64,000 nucleotides of DNA from a candidate division WWE3 bacterium (GCA_013335095.1 JAAXWF010000001.1:86797-150796); one strand, 5' to 3'. Counted from the stretch's first letter, positions 9,935-20,083 are shown. Program-made: numbers and translations. Notes: a model not told the origin generated them from the letters alone.

Positions 9935-10035
9935 GTAATTAATCTGTATTCTATATCATTGACTATAATCTGTTTATAGGTTAAGAAGATTAAGCGTAGT
10001 AGCAATCGGCATATTCACAATGGAAGAGGTGTATT

Positions 10036-12558
10036 ATGCGGGCATCGTATCGCAGGCGGTGGCAGCTGCTGTTTATACTCATGCTACTTTCTGCATGGGT
10101 ACCTTCAGCTGCACAGGCAACGGATCCTCCATCAAAGAGTTTTCGGTTTCCATGGACTGCTGGAGTGCCGTGGGTCTTCACAGGAGGGCCTCATGTTAGT
10201 GGCACTGGCAACACCATTCGCTCAGCTCTAGATTTTCAACCTAAAAACCAGGATCCCCGGGTACGCGCGGCGGATGGTGGAACTGTACTAAGCACGGATG
10301 ATGGTACTGGCAACATGTACATCGATCATGGAGGCGGATGGGTAACTTTTTACGCGCACATGGACAGCTTTACTGTCTCGGCTGGGAACCACGTCGATCG
10401 AGGCGATGTGGTTGGAGTGGCGGGTAGCAAAGGTACGAATAACATCCATTTGCACTTTGGCGTTCGTTACAACAGTCAGTGGCTAGAAATCGCTGGAGGT
10501 GGGGTCGATTTAGAAGGGTGGACGGTCGTAAAAGAGCCTGCAGTGTACTACGGATACCTCAAGAAAGGTTCCGCTCAGGTCTCAGCATGTTATGACTGTA
10601 CTCCCCTCCCTACTTTTGCGTCTGCGGAGTCGGATCCAGAGCAGGGTTACCCACGGTTAGACAGCACGGTGGAGCTTAGTCCCAATCCCGTAGTGGGGCA
10701 GGCTAACTTTTACCTGAGCTTCTGGCTGAAGAATGGCGGTGGTTCTGATTTTAGTGTCGGCGATGTAGTTATCTCTGGCACTTCGGCCAGCGGAGCGGCA
10801 TGGGATGCAGGTTGGAGTGGCACTCAAGTTATCGCTGCTGGTGATCGTAGATCGTTTCAACTCATCGGCACGGCGTATAACAATGACTTCGGAACGTGGT
10901 TGATTAAGAAGGAGATCAAGGTTAGAAGATCAGGATCTAACTCTTGGTACACGGCCTTACTGGGAAACTTCCCGTTCCCTGCAAGCTTCACTCACTCAGA
11001 TCCGACAGTACCACCTGTTCTAACGACCAACGTCCAGAACAGTCCAAGCAATCTGTGGGCTGGCGGTGAGCTGCAGTTCGCTTTCACTTTACAAAACCCT
11101 GGCTCAAGTGATTTTGATATCGAGGAGATCTTTATCAAAACCACTACTCCAGGCGGCGCGGAGTGGAAGTTTAACGCAACTCCAACTATCATCCCAGCAG
11201 GTCAGAGTCGTGACTTCGTGGCAAAGGCATCACTACCCAACGACTCACATGGCTGGTGGAACGTTACCAAGCGGATCGAGGTGAAAAAGCGTGGTGGTGG
11301 CTGGTACGGCATTGAGCAAGGACCGCATGCTTTCGCAGCAGAGTTCTATGTCAATCCGTACGACAGCACGGGACCAACGGTGTCCTTAACCCATCCCGTG
11401 GACAACTACTTCTACACCTACGAGATTCTGGCTACAGCCACTGCCTCAGATCAACAATCTGGGATCAAGCAGGTTGAGTTTCTCTTTAAGCTTGGTAACA
11501 CCTGGCAGACGCTGTGGGTCGACACGGATGGCACCGACGGATATAGCTTCAACTTCCCAGGGAACAGCTATGGCCCGCAATCTGATCTGTGGATTCTGGC
11601 CTATGCGGTTAACAACTCAGGAGTGCGAACGCAATCAGGTGCGGCGCGGTGGATAACCAACGTGGATACACAGAACCCTTCGGTGAGTGTCTACGGACCA
11701 TCGAGCGGCCAATCGTTTTCGGGTGACTACATCGACGTGTATGCTAATGCCAGCGATAACGTAGGAGTCGATCGTGTTACCTTCTACCTCGGCTATCCAG
11801 GCGGCGGCCCCGTCCCGATAACAGATGCCAATCCTGCTGACGGGTGGTCTGCTCGATTCGATATCCGTGACCTGCCCAATATGACCGGCATGTACGTCAA
11901 TGCCCATGCCTTTGACGCGAAGAACAACCGAGGCGATTCAGGCGCCATTAGCAGCTTGTCAATTGCTCGGTCGTGTCCTTGCTTCGAAGGTATTCGCACA
12001 GGGCAGGGATTTGGCAACACGATTGATGCTGTCTTAAACGTCCCGACCTCAGCAAACTGGGTAAACTTGTACCTGACCCCGCAAGGGCAAGGATTCAGAG
12101 GTGCTGGTGCTGTAAAGGGAGCTGACGGTAAGTGGCGAGCATCATGGAATGTGAGTGATTTGCCGGAAGGTGCAATACTCATGCTGGATGGTTGGATTGG
12201 TTATCCAAATGGCCAACAGCAGACACCAGTACTTACCGGTATGAAGATCGATCGGACAAATCCGACGATGCACCTTACGGGTCCAGGGTCTGGAGCGATC
12301 TTCAACAACACGGTTACGGTGACGGCTTCTGCAGAGGATCCGAACAACGGTAGCGGGGTCGAGAAGGTGGTATTCTACTTCGCATGGCCAGGGAATAGTC
12401 TCCCGGCAATTGTTGACTCGGACGGAAGTAACGGGTGGCAAGCGACCTTTGACACCTCAACGCTCGGACCGGGGAGCTACCGTCTCGATGCGTGGGTATA
12501 CGATAAAGCTGGAAAAGGAAGTCCATCACCTGAGGTCTGGTGGATAACTAAGAACTAG
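10036..12558 (+). CDS. Secreted M23 family metallopeptidase with multiple Ig-like domains
   Basis: Signal peptide (AAQA), H..ALDF, YAHM, V.RG.VVG..G..G, HLHF; repeated D..DGW/Y Ig-like modules; GGAAGAGG SD. Confidence 0.85.
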   Translation: MRASYRRRWQLLFILMLLSAWVPSAAQATDPPSKSFRFPWTAGVPWVFTGGPHVSGTGNTIRSALDFQPKNQDPRVRAADGGTVLSTDDGTGNMYIDHGGGWVTFYAHMDSFTVSAGNHVDRGDVVGVAGSKGTNNIHLHFGVRYNSQWLEIAGGGVDLEGWTVVKEPAVYYGYLKKGSAQVSACYDCTPLPTFASAESDPEQGYPRLDSTVELSPNPVVGQANFYLSFWLKNGGGSDFSVGDVVISGTSASGAAWDAGWSGTQVIAAGDRRSFQLIGTAYNNDFGTWLIKKEIKVRRSGSNSWYTALLGNFPFPASFTHSDPTVPPVLTTNVQNSPSNLWAGGELQFAFTLQNPGSSDFDIEEIFIKTTTPGGAEWKFNATPTIIPAGQSRDFVAKASLPNDSHGWWNVTKRIEVKKRGGGWYGIEQGPHAFAAEFYVNPYDSTGPTVSLTHPVDNYFYTYEILATATASDQQSGIKQVEFLFKLGNTWQTLWVDTDGTDGYSFNFPGNSYGPQSDLWILAYAVNNSGVRTQSGAARWITNVDTQNPSVSVYGPSSGQSFSGDYIDVYANASDNVGVDRVTFYLGYPGGGPVPITDANPADGWSARFDIRDLPNMTGMYVNAHAFDAKNNRGDSGAISSLSIARSCPCFEGIRTGQGFGNTIDAVLNVPTSANWVNLYLTPQGQGFRGAGAVKGADGKWRASWNVSDLPEGAILMLDGWIGYPNGQQQTPVLTGMKIDRTNPTMHLTGPGSGAIFNNTVTVTASAEDPNNGSGVEKVVFYFAWPGNSLPAIVDSDGSNGWQATFDTSTLGPGSYRLDAWVYDKAGKGSPSPEVWWITKN

Positions 12559-12567
12559 ACCTACAGT

Positions 12568-12599
12568 GCGCTGATGATAGACCCCATCAGCGCTTTTTT
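12568..12599 (+). terminator. Intrinsic terminator of the M23 gene
   Basis: GCGCTGATG-loop-CATCAGCGC-TTTTTT. Confidence 0.85.
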
Positions 12600-12677
12600 A
12601 TTTCTTGATAACCAATTTTCAATCATACAATTAAGTTAGTACTATTCAACATACACATGGATGGCAAAAAACTTTAT

Positions 12678-12734
12678 ATACGTAGAAAACTTTTTAATAT
12701 GTTGGTAAATACAGAAGATAATAATGGCTCCGCG
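12678..12734 (+). repeat. 57-bp perfect direct repeat, copy 2, overlapping the last 10 nt of tRNA-Asn
   Basis: Identical to 9163..9219. Confidence 0.95.
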
Positions 12735-12800
12735 GGTAGGGCTCGAACCTACGACATCCTCGTTAACAGCGAGGCGCTCTACCGACTGAGCTACCGCGGA
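12725..12800 (-). tRNA. tRNA-Asn(GTT)
   Basis: Reverse complement TCCGCGGTAGCTCAGTCGGTAGAGCGCCTCGCT-GTT-AACGAGGATGTCGTAGGTTCGAGCCCTACCCGCGGAGCCA; cloverleaf, encoded CCA. Confidence 0.97.
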
Positions 12801-12888
12801 TCATTGAGAACAAAAACACTACTAAGTAGCGTCACGGGTATTGTATCACTCAAATGAAAGGCCTATCAAGGCGCTATGGCTACCAAAC

Positions 12889-12918
12889 AAAAAAGGCCGG
12901 AAGGAAAACCCTCCGGCC
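12889..12918 (-). terminator. Intrinsic terminator of 12947..13474
   Basis: GGCCGGA...TCCGGCC hairpin followed by T6 on the minus strand. Confidence 0.8.
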
Positions 12919-12946
12919 CAATATTTACACCTTTTATTTTTTTAAA

Positions 12947-13474
12947 CTAACGCATCTTCTGCCGAATCCACGCGATAACCTCGCCCGGCACATCGCTCTC
13001 GGCATCGCATTCGAACGCATGTCCGAGCAATTCGCGGGCAATCGCAAGATCAAGCTCCATGCCATGCCCGACATCACCAACAACAAGCCCGGTCTCCGGA
13101 TCGCTAAACCGATATGCCGTAACAGTCGCATGGGACAGCCCCTTGGCATTGGGCTCACCCCATGTAATCTCCGGCTGAATCACCAGATACCCACGCATTG
13201 GCAAATAGCCATGCAATACATGGATACCATTGAACACCGGGTTACTGCTCACCCGATCACCAATACGGATTTGGTTGCGATGAACTGCAATCCAGTATTC
13301 GCCGACCATGATATCGGTTCGACGAGCTGCGACACCACGTTCACCACGCACAATCACTTCGCCGTGATGATACGACTGGATTAAGCTAGTCACGTCACCC
13401 GAGTGAAACCCGACAACCCGAAAAGTAGGACCCTCTAGCTGCACAGAATCCTGCGCTCCAACTGACGCGACCAT
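12947..13474 (-). CDS. Orphan hypothetical protein
   Basis: AGGAGG 6 nt before ATG; own terminator. Confidence 0.7.
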   Translation of the reverse strand: MVASVGAQDSVQLEGPTFRVVGFHSGDVTSLIQSYHHGEVIVRGERGVAARRTDIMVGEYWIAVHRNQIRIGDRVSSNPVFNGIHVLHGYLPMRGYLVIQPEITWGEPNAKGLSHATVTAYRFSDPETGLVVGDVGHGMELDLAIARELLGHAFECDAESDVPGEVIAWIRQKMR

Positions 13475-13549
13475 AAAGCGCCTCCTGACTCATGGCCTAT
13501 AAAGCATCTCAATTATAAAATGAAAAAACAAAAGAATCAAACTATAGGA

Positions 13550-13768
13550 TTAGTAACCTAAATCGGTGCCTAATTGATTTGCTTTACGCTCTTCTAACTG
13601 AGTGAAAAAATCAGTCCGCAACGCCCCATCAAACGGTAATAACTGCTCTGGAGGCAATGCAATCGGCGTAGTATCAGCCTGGGTATGCATAACCTGAAAA
13701 ATAATAATTGCGACTAAGAAGACGCCTGTCGCAATCGATAAAATAAAGTAACGACTCTTTCCTTTCAT
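13550..13768 (-). CDS. Small bitopic membrane protein downstream of pilO (PilP position)
   Basis: N-terminal TM, ATGA overlap with pilO. Confidence 0.6.
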   Translation of the reverse strand: MKGKSRYFILSIATGVFLVAIIIFQVMHTQADTTPIALPPEQLLPFDGALRTDFFTQLEERKANQLGTDLGY

Positions 13769-14427
13769 TGTACGGTAGAACCTCCTTCATCAAAATAATA
13801 AAATGAACCTTCAACGACCAGCGTTAACTCTGAAGTTAAGTTACCACCATTATCCGAAGAATCTAGATTAATTGAAAGGGTATCAATCTTTGCGATACGT
13901 GGCATATTCTCCAAACGCTGAACAAAACCACGAACACCTGTATAATCTCCCATCAACTTTAAAGTAAACCCTAACGTCTTTTCACTACCCTTAGTTTTCG
14001 TTGTCGTAGTTGCAGTACTTTGCGACGATGTCGAACGAGTTTCGGTACGTGCAGATGCAATGCCACCGTAATCTAATGATTCAACGGTTAAATTATTCGT
14101 AGCAATCGCTAAATCGAGCTCATTAACAAAATTAACAGCTCGTCGGTCTCGCGGCACCGCGTTATCTGCTAACACCTGATTCGTGGTCTGTTGAGCTAAT
14201 GTCTGCTTGGCCTGTTCGATGGCAGCGACTTTTAGCTTTAATGCTTCTTCATTTTGGCGTGCTGTAGCAATCGCGGTCTGAGCACTCATCGCTCCACGAA
14301 AAGCCGGAACAAACCCAAGCCCAAACAACACCACAATCCACAATGCGGTAACACCAATACCAACATATCGTTGGCGCGGGTTCACACTTAACAATTCATC
14401 TCGGTAGCGATTTACGTATCCGTTCAT
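13765..14427 (-). CDS. pilO: Type IV pilus assembly protein PilO-like
   Basis: TM, coiled coil, GDY..VRGFVQRLENMPRI..ID.LSI. Confidence 0.8.
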   Translation of the reverse strand: MNGYVNRYRDELLSVNPRQRYVGIGVTALWIVVLFGLGFVPAFRGAMSAQTAIATARQNEEALKLKVAAIEQAKQTLAQQTTNQVLADNAVPRDRRAVNFVNELDLAIATNNLTVESLDYGGIASARTETRSTSSQSTATTTTKTKGSEKTLGFTLKLMGDYTGVRGFVQRLENMPRIAKIDTLSINLDSSDNGGNLTSELTLVVEGSFYYFDEGGSTVQ

Positions 14428-14987
14428 TTCAAATTAATATCAAACGCAAACACGACCTGATCGGTCTGAAAATCATCGTTGGCATCCTGGGTTAAATTAC
14501 GTTCAACCTTTTTAAGTGTAACTGATTCCACTAAACTATGCTGTTCGAGAGACTTTTGCCATTGATTCACCGACAAATAATCATTGGTGAGTCCTTCAAC
14601 CGACATAACACCTTTTTCAATCGTTAAGCTTATTAAATTCGCTGGCTCGGGAATAGTTTGTTCAATCATTGCGAGCAGTTGATTACGTTCTTTATACCCA
14701 TCGAGCAATCCACCGATCGAAGAAAACTGTGATCGAACACTATCAAAGCTGGCAATAAACGCTTTATTTGATGCAACAACAGCCTGGTTATCCCGGATTG
14801 ATTTATTAATTTGTGAAAGCTGATATTCATTGAACCAACGGTACGCAAAAGCGCCAAGGACGGCAATATACGTGATAAATAAAAGATAAATTCCAGTTTG
14901 GAAGAACCAGAATACATATGGATTTTCAACGGTCTGCTTTAGCTCAGCTGACGGAATAAAGTTAATACCATTATTCTGTTGGGGCAT
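14424..14987 (-). CDS. pilN: Type IV pilus assembly protein PilN-like
   Basis: INFIP motif, TM, coiled coil, ferredoxin-like C-terminus; overlaps pilO. Confidence 0.75.
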   Translation of the reverse strand: MPQQNNGINFIPSAELKQTVENPYVFWFFQTGIYLLFITYIAVLGAFAYRWFNEYQLSQINKSIRDNQAVVASNKAFIASFDSVRSQFSSIGGLLDGYKERNQLLAMIEQTIPEPANLISLTIEKGVMSVEGLTNDYLSVNQWQKSLEQHSLVESVTLKKVERNLTQDANDDFQTDQVVFAFDINLK

Positions 14988-15035
14988 GGTACTTACAGAG
15001 TAACACCGATCATAAAGCCGAGTCAAGAAAAAAAA

Positions 15036-17555
15036 TTAATCAGATGAAGAGTTCGATAAATCAAACAGACTCACCTGCTGAGCCTTAACCGGTGCAATTA
15101 AACGAGCCTGGTGCGTAACATCTTTAAACACTTGTTCGGCTCTTTTAATCACATTTTTCGGAAGACCGGCAAACTTCGCCACTTGAATACCATAACTCTG
15201 TTGAGTTTTTCCGCGCTTTACTCGATACAAAAAGATTACATCATGACCTTCTTCGGCTACAGCTAAATGATAATTCACAACACCTGGATACATGGCTTCG
15301 AGTTCGGTTAACTCAAGATAATGCGTAGCAAACATAACCTTGGCATTACTCTGTTCAATCAGAAACTCAGAGATTGCCCAAGCGATTGATAATCCATCAT
15401 ACGTACTGGTACCACGTCCAACTTCATCCAAAATAACCAAGCTGCGATCGGTAACATTGTTTAAGATCGATGCAGTCTCGACCATTTCGACCATGAACGT
15501 CGAGAGTCCTTGGGCTAAATCATCCATCGCACCAATCCGCGTATGGATTTGATCAATAATACTAAGATTCATTGCCTGAGCGGGGACAAATGAACCCATC
15601 TGAGCCATGATTACCAGTAATGCGACCTGACGAATATACGTACTTTTACCAGCCATATTGGCTCCGGTCAAAACCATCAATCGCTCATCAGGGTTTAAAT
15701 TGATTGAGTTCGCAACAAACTGTGCATTCAAAATCCCTTCAATCACGGGGTGACGACCTTCTTCGATATGAAGCATATCTTCATCGATAAACAGGGGGCG
15801 GACATATCCTCGCTCACGCGCAACGCTCCCGAGTGAATTGAGTACATCAACCAAGGCCATCAGTGAAGCGACACGCTGATAGATCGTGACATCTTGCAAT
15901 ACCGTTGATACCACATTTCGGTATAACGAAAGCTCAAGCTGGACTGATTTTCCCTCTGAATCGAGCACCTGGTCTTCGTACTCTTTAAGGTCCGGAATTA
16001 TAAAACGTTCGGCATTGGCTAATGTTTGTCGACGAATATAATTATCGGGAACTTTTGATAACTGACTTTTCGAGATTTCAATGTAATATCCAAACACTTT
16101 GTTATAGCTAATCTTTAGATTTGAGATTCCAGTACGTTCTCGCTCACGCTGTTCTATCTGAACAAGAAACTGTTTCCCGCCATGACTGATCTGTCTTAAT
16201 CGATCAAGTTCAGCATTATAACCATCGCGAATATATCCCCCATCGGCAAATTGCAGTGGTGGTTCATCGACAATCGAATCTGAAATTAATCCACGAATCG
16301 CGCTGACCTGCTGCCAATTAATCTCGTTTAACGAATGAGTGATAATGTGCGGTAATTCAAGCTGACACAACATCGAATTAAGCATTTCGGCTTGCTCTAG
16401 GGTAGATCTAATACCAACTAAATCTCTAGGCGTGCCAATATTAATCGACAAACGACTCACATTCCGCTCGACATCAGACACCCGACGCAAAAGTGCTATT
16501 AGATTGGTGCTGAATTCAGTCTGATCTTTTATCCACGAGACCCCATCCAATCGATGATTAATTCGTTCAGGATTTAGAAGAGGTCGCAGCATCCACATCT
16601 TTAATAATCGAGCTCCCATCGACGTATTAGTCCGGTTTAGCACACCAAATAATGAAACATCATCGACACCGGTTCTCAGTGACGAAAATAATTCAAGATT
16701 TCGAATTGTTTGACCCGATAATGTTAAAAAGCCCTCGGGCAAGATTAACTGTGGCGGACGAATAAATCCAATCTCAGTTTTTTGAGTAGTACGGATATAA
16801 TCGAGCGCAGTCGCAAGTGCTACGACTCCAGCAGGTTTATCGTGCAAGCCATAGGCTTCGAGATTCAAAATACGATAATGAGTACGTACCATTTCCTGTG
16901 CATCCGTAAGTTTTGCATACGGTGTTTCATATCGAAACGGCATGGCCCCATTCCGGTGTAACACCCGTGGCCACTCCGAATCGTCATACCATTCAGGAGA
17001 TAGGAGAATTTCGGCAGGCTGGAAACGATTAATATATTCGATAATAATTCGCATCACTGATTCGGCATCGGATGCCTGTGACAATGATTCGGCCGCAACC
17101 AAGACTTCGCCAACTGATGCGGATAATAAGCAGATACCGAGAGACTTCCCGACAACGGAGAAAGTCATTAAATACGCAGTATTATTCGCCGTTTCATTTT
17201 CCTGGATTAATGTACTTGGAGTAACAACACGAATGACCTCTCGCTCTACAATAGTCTTGCCTTTTTGTGGTTCGGTCATTTGTTCAGCTATCGCAACTTT
17301 ATAACCACTCTTAACAAGTCGATTTAAATAACCTTCGGCGGCATGATACGGCACACCGGCCATTGGAGTTGCATTCGGTCCTTTATCACGAGACGTTAAA
17401 GTGATTCCCAAAATGCGGGCAGCAATTTCGGCGTCTTCTAAAAACATCTCATAAAAGTCTCCCATTCGGAAGAATAATATGGCATCCGGATGCTGTGCCT
17501 TGGCCTTCATATATTGTTGCATCATTGGGGTTAGCGATTCAGACGAATCAGACAT
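15036..17555 (-). CDS. mutS: DNA mismatch repair protein MutS
   Basis: TPMMQQY, FFRMGDFYEMF, TGANMAGKST, STFMVEM, ILDEVGRGT, FATHY. Confidence 0.98.
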   Translation of the reverse strand: MSDSSESLTPMMQQYMKAKAQHPDAILFFRMGDFYEMFLEDAEIAARILGITLTSRDKGPNATPMAGVPYHAAEGYLNRLVKSGYKVAIAEQMTEPQKGKTIVEREVIRVVTPSTLIQENETANNTAYLMTFSVVGKSLGICLLSASVGEVLVAAESLSQASDAESVMRIIIEYINRFQPAEILLSPEWYDDSEWPRVLHRNGAMPFRYETPYAKLTDAQEMVRTHYRILNLEAYGLHDKPAGVVALATALDYIRTTQKTEIGFIRPPQLILPEGFLTLSGQTIRNLELFSSLRTGVDDVSLFGVLNRTNTSMGARLLKMWMLRPLLNPERINHRLDGVSWIKDQTEFSTNLIALLRRVSDVERNVSRLSINIGTPRDLVGIRSTLEQAEMLNSMLCQLELPHIITHSLNEINWQQVSAIRGLISDSIVDEPPLQFADGGYIRDGYNAELDRLRQISHGGKQFLVQIEQRERERTGISNLKISYNKVFGYYIEISKSQLSKVPDNYIRRQTLANAERFIIPDLKEYEDQVLDSEGKSVQLELSLYRNVVSTVLQDVTIYQRVASLMALVDVLNSLGSVARERGYVRPLFIDEDMLHIEEGRHPVIEGILNAQFVANSINLNPDERLMVLTGANMAGKSTYIRQVALLVIMAQMGSFVPAQAMNLSIIDQIHTRIGAMDDLAQGLSTFMVEMVETASILNNVTDRSLVILDEVGRGTSTYDGLSIAWAISEFLIEQSNAKVMFATHYLELTELEAMYPGVVNYHLAVAEEGHDVIFLYRVKRGKTQQSYGIQVAKFAGLPKNVIKRAEQVFKDVTHQARLIAPVKAQQVSLFDLSNSSSD

Positions 17556-17606
17556 AGAAGCATTATAAGGCAACGAGGGAGGATGTGCTCCCCCGCTGCC
17601 CTGATC

Positions 17607-18086
17607 TTAGGCGATGTACACCACGAGAAACGGCGGCAGATTATGAGTGATCGACCAAATAATTGATTCGGTCGATAGGATCAAGATGCCGGCAACACCG
17701 ACCGACATACACATGGCCAGAATGCCCCAACCAATCAGCTGGAAATCCGCAATGGTTCGATTTGCCGACCGAGGGAGGACAAACCCCGGTGGGTTTGGCG
17801 GGAACAAACCTCGGTTTTGAAGTACCCGAATGCTGGTCATGGTCATGATGATTCCGACAATGCCAAGAATCAGCCGAACACCACACCACAGGATCCAGAA
17901 CCAACGTTGATCAACGCGATACAGCTGATCAACAGCATCGAGGATGTCGACCAAGAAGATCAATCCGATCAGATACGTACACCAAAGTAGGATGTACATA
18001 CAGATCATAAAGATTCCCCCTCCAATCCACGTTAAAAAGAAGAGCCAGAGCACTCGCTCCTCTTTTCCCGAAACTGGTACCGACAT
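17607..18086 (-). CDS. Orphan membrane protein
   Basis: AAGGAGGT SD; 3-4 hydrophobic segments. Confidence 0.65.
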   Translation of the reverse strand: MSVPVSGKEERVLWLFFLTWIGGGIFMICMYILLWCTYLIGLIFLVDILDAVDQLYRVDQRWFWILWCGVRLILGIVGIIMTMTSIRVLQNRGLFPPNPPGFVLPRSANRTIADFQLIGWGILAMCMSVGVAGILILSTESIIWSITHNLPPFLVVYIA

Positions 18087-18193
18087 TGCGTTACCTCCTT
18101 AAACGAAACACTCCGTTGCCACATCGGACATGATAATTATGCATAACGGTAAAAGCCCCATCTATATCTTTATTAATGCCGTATACTTGGTGT

Positions 18194-19495
18194 ATGCGGA
18201 TTGGAATCATCGGAGCCGGATTTACCGGGCTAGCTGCGGCAATCGAGGCACAAAAAAACGGGCATTCGGTAATCATATTTGAACAAAACAATTACGTTGG
18301 CGGTCTAGCCGCCGGAATGCGCGGACGAGTCGAAAACTATCCGACCGAATGGGAATGGGATTTAGAACAGTACTATCATCATTGGTTTACCAATGATGAA
18401 CACGTGTATGCTCTGGCCGAAGGGATTGGGGTAAAACACAAAATAATCATTAAGAATCCAGTTAGTTCAATTTTGTATAAGGATCAGATATATCCATTCG
18501 ATTCTCCATTTAATCTGTTAAGATTCCCTCACTTTAATCCGATCGAAAAAGCGCGAGTCTCATTTTTATTGGGAAAACTAAAATATCTTGAGAATGAAAC
18601 AACCAGTGCAAAGTTTGAAGCCGTCACTGCTCACGAATATATTCCACAGATCATCGGACAACGTCCGTATGAAGTGTTGTTTGAACCACTCCTGAAAGGA
18701 AAGTTTGGTCAACATTATCAAAAAATAACCATGCGTTGGTTCTGGGCGCGAATTTATAAACGGACATCGCAGCTGGCGTATTATCAAGGCGGATTTAGTG
18801 CCTTCGCTCAAGATTTGGCCAACTATATTGAAAGACATAATGGAAAAATACATGTTAGTACAGCAATAAAAAACATTGCATATAATCCCGATAAAACACT
18901 TACAATAACAATTGATCATTGTGTTGAGACTGTTGACCGGGTAATCGTCACGACCCCGCCCGCCGTTCTTCCAAAACTAATGCCATCATTGCCCACCGAG
19001 TATCTTGATTCACTCACCAAAGATCCTAGCTTGGCGGCGTATGTCGTTGTACTATCACTCCACCATCCGCTTATGGATAAAACATATTGGCTAAATATTA
19101 ATCAAGAAAACTGGCCATTTTTAGCGGCAGTCGAACATACCAACTTTATCGATAAAAAATACTACAATAACGAACACATACTTTATATCGGAAACTATGT
19201 TGAACCGAACCACCCCCATATGCACATGGACGTGAAAGATTTAGTTAAAGAATTTACTCCATTTATCAAAAGAATTAACCCACTGTTTTCCTCGGAATCG
19301 ATACGACGAATGTATCTGCTTAGAACAATACATGCTCAGCCGATTGTTACTAAAGAGTTTGCGAAACAAATTATACCGATAGATACTCCGATTCCAGAAC
19401 TCAAACTCGCTACAATGTCACAAGTATATCCTTGGGATCGCGGTACCAATTACGCAATCGAAATAGGACAGAAAGCGGTCCGTTCAATCATATAG
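18194..19495 (+). CDS. FAD-dependent oxidoreductase (HemY/amine oxidase-like family)
   Basis: IGIIGAGFTGLAAA..E....GGLA, YYHHWF, QVYPWDRGTNYA. Confidence 0.88.
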   Translation: MRIGIIGAGFTGLAAAIEAQKNGHSVIIFEQNNYVGGLAAGMRGRVENYPTEWEWDLEQYYHHWFTNDEHVYALAEGIGVKHKIIIKNPVSSILYKDQIYPFDSPFNLLRFPHFNPIEKARVSFLLGKLKYLENETTSAKFEAVTAHEYIPQIIGQRPYEVLFEPLLKGKFGQHYQKITMRWFWARIYKRTSQLAYYQGGFSAFAQDLANYIERHNGKIHVSTAIKNIAYNPDKTLTITIDHCVETVDRVIVTTPPAVLPKLMPSLPTEYLDSLTKDPSLAAYVVVLSLHHPLMDKTYWLNINQENWPFLAAVEHTNFIDKKYYNNEHILYIGNYVEPNHPHMHMDVKDLVKEFTPFIKRINPLFSSESIRRMYLLRTIHAQPIVTKEFAKQIIPIDTPIPELKLATMSQVYPWDRGTNYAIEIGQKAVRSII

Positions 19496-19561
19496 GGTGC
19501 ATGTACCTGATACAATCAAGCGATACCCCCGACAACCGGAAATTCGATAAGGAGGCACACT

Positions 19562-20083
19562 ATGCCAAATCGGGACCTGAACGGGTTGTTCTTTTCTATT
19601 GCGTTTAACGACGCAGCGTTTGCCGGTCATATCCACGGCTGCTGCTTTGAAAGTAGTGGTCGCACAGTGGACGCGAAGATCGGCGTACCGCGTGAAGATG
19701 GGTTATATGACTATACCCCACTTTCGCAGACCGAAACCGACACCCCGTTTGATACCGGGATCAAAGGCGCAATCTTAATTGATCGCAAAGGTGGACACGA
19801 TCCTCGGGGAGTGGTCGTTGCTGCATCCGTCATCGCCGAAGCGCTCATCACCAAGCGTTTATCGCCGCGGCCATTCGCTGGAGCAATAGAGCGGGATGGG
19901 TATATCCAGATTCGGGTAACATTTGATCTGGATGTGCTTGTTGTTCGGATTTATCCGGACCATCACCCACTCATGTTGGGCGAAGTGCCCTTTAGTGAGA
20001 GGTGCCGCTGGTGGACCACCGATGCGGACTGGGTTCTCATCCCAAGCCCTTCGGAAGAAGAGCTCCGCAAGATGAGGTACTAG
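19562..20083 (+). CDS. Orphan protein, paralog family member 1
   Basis: AAGGAGG SD; aligns with 20215..20757 (AASVIA.A...L.P..FA, RIY.DHH). Confidence 0.75.
   Translation: MPNRDLNGLFFSIAFNDAAFAGHIHGCCFESSGRTVDAKIGVPREDGLYDYTPLSQTETDTPFDTGIKGAILIDRKGGHDPRGVVVAASVIAEALITKRLSPRPFAGAIERDGYIQIRVTFDLDVLVVRIYPDHHPLMLGEVPFSERCRWWTTDADWVLIPSPSEEELRKMRY

Larger units (their letters stand above)
4818..12734. mobile_element. Composite island at the tRNA-Asn 3' end; two stacked cassettes, no intact integrase
   Basis: Bounded by att-like sequences at 4818, 9163-9251 and 12678-12734; carries defence genes, truncated ORFs and a GC-richer M23 gene. Confidence 0.7.

Noticed and set aside
9163-12734. 57-bp repeats as a CRISPR array
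   Set aside because: Only two copies 3.5 kb apart, no spacers, no cas genes
12657-12857. 66-aa ORF as a real gene
   Set aside because: It is antisense to tRNA-Asn; only its first part is treated as a possible recombinase relic
12854-13384. 176-aa plus-strand ORF
   Set aside because: Shadow of the minus-strand gene, which has the SD and terminator
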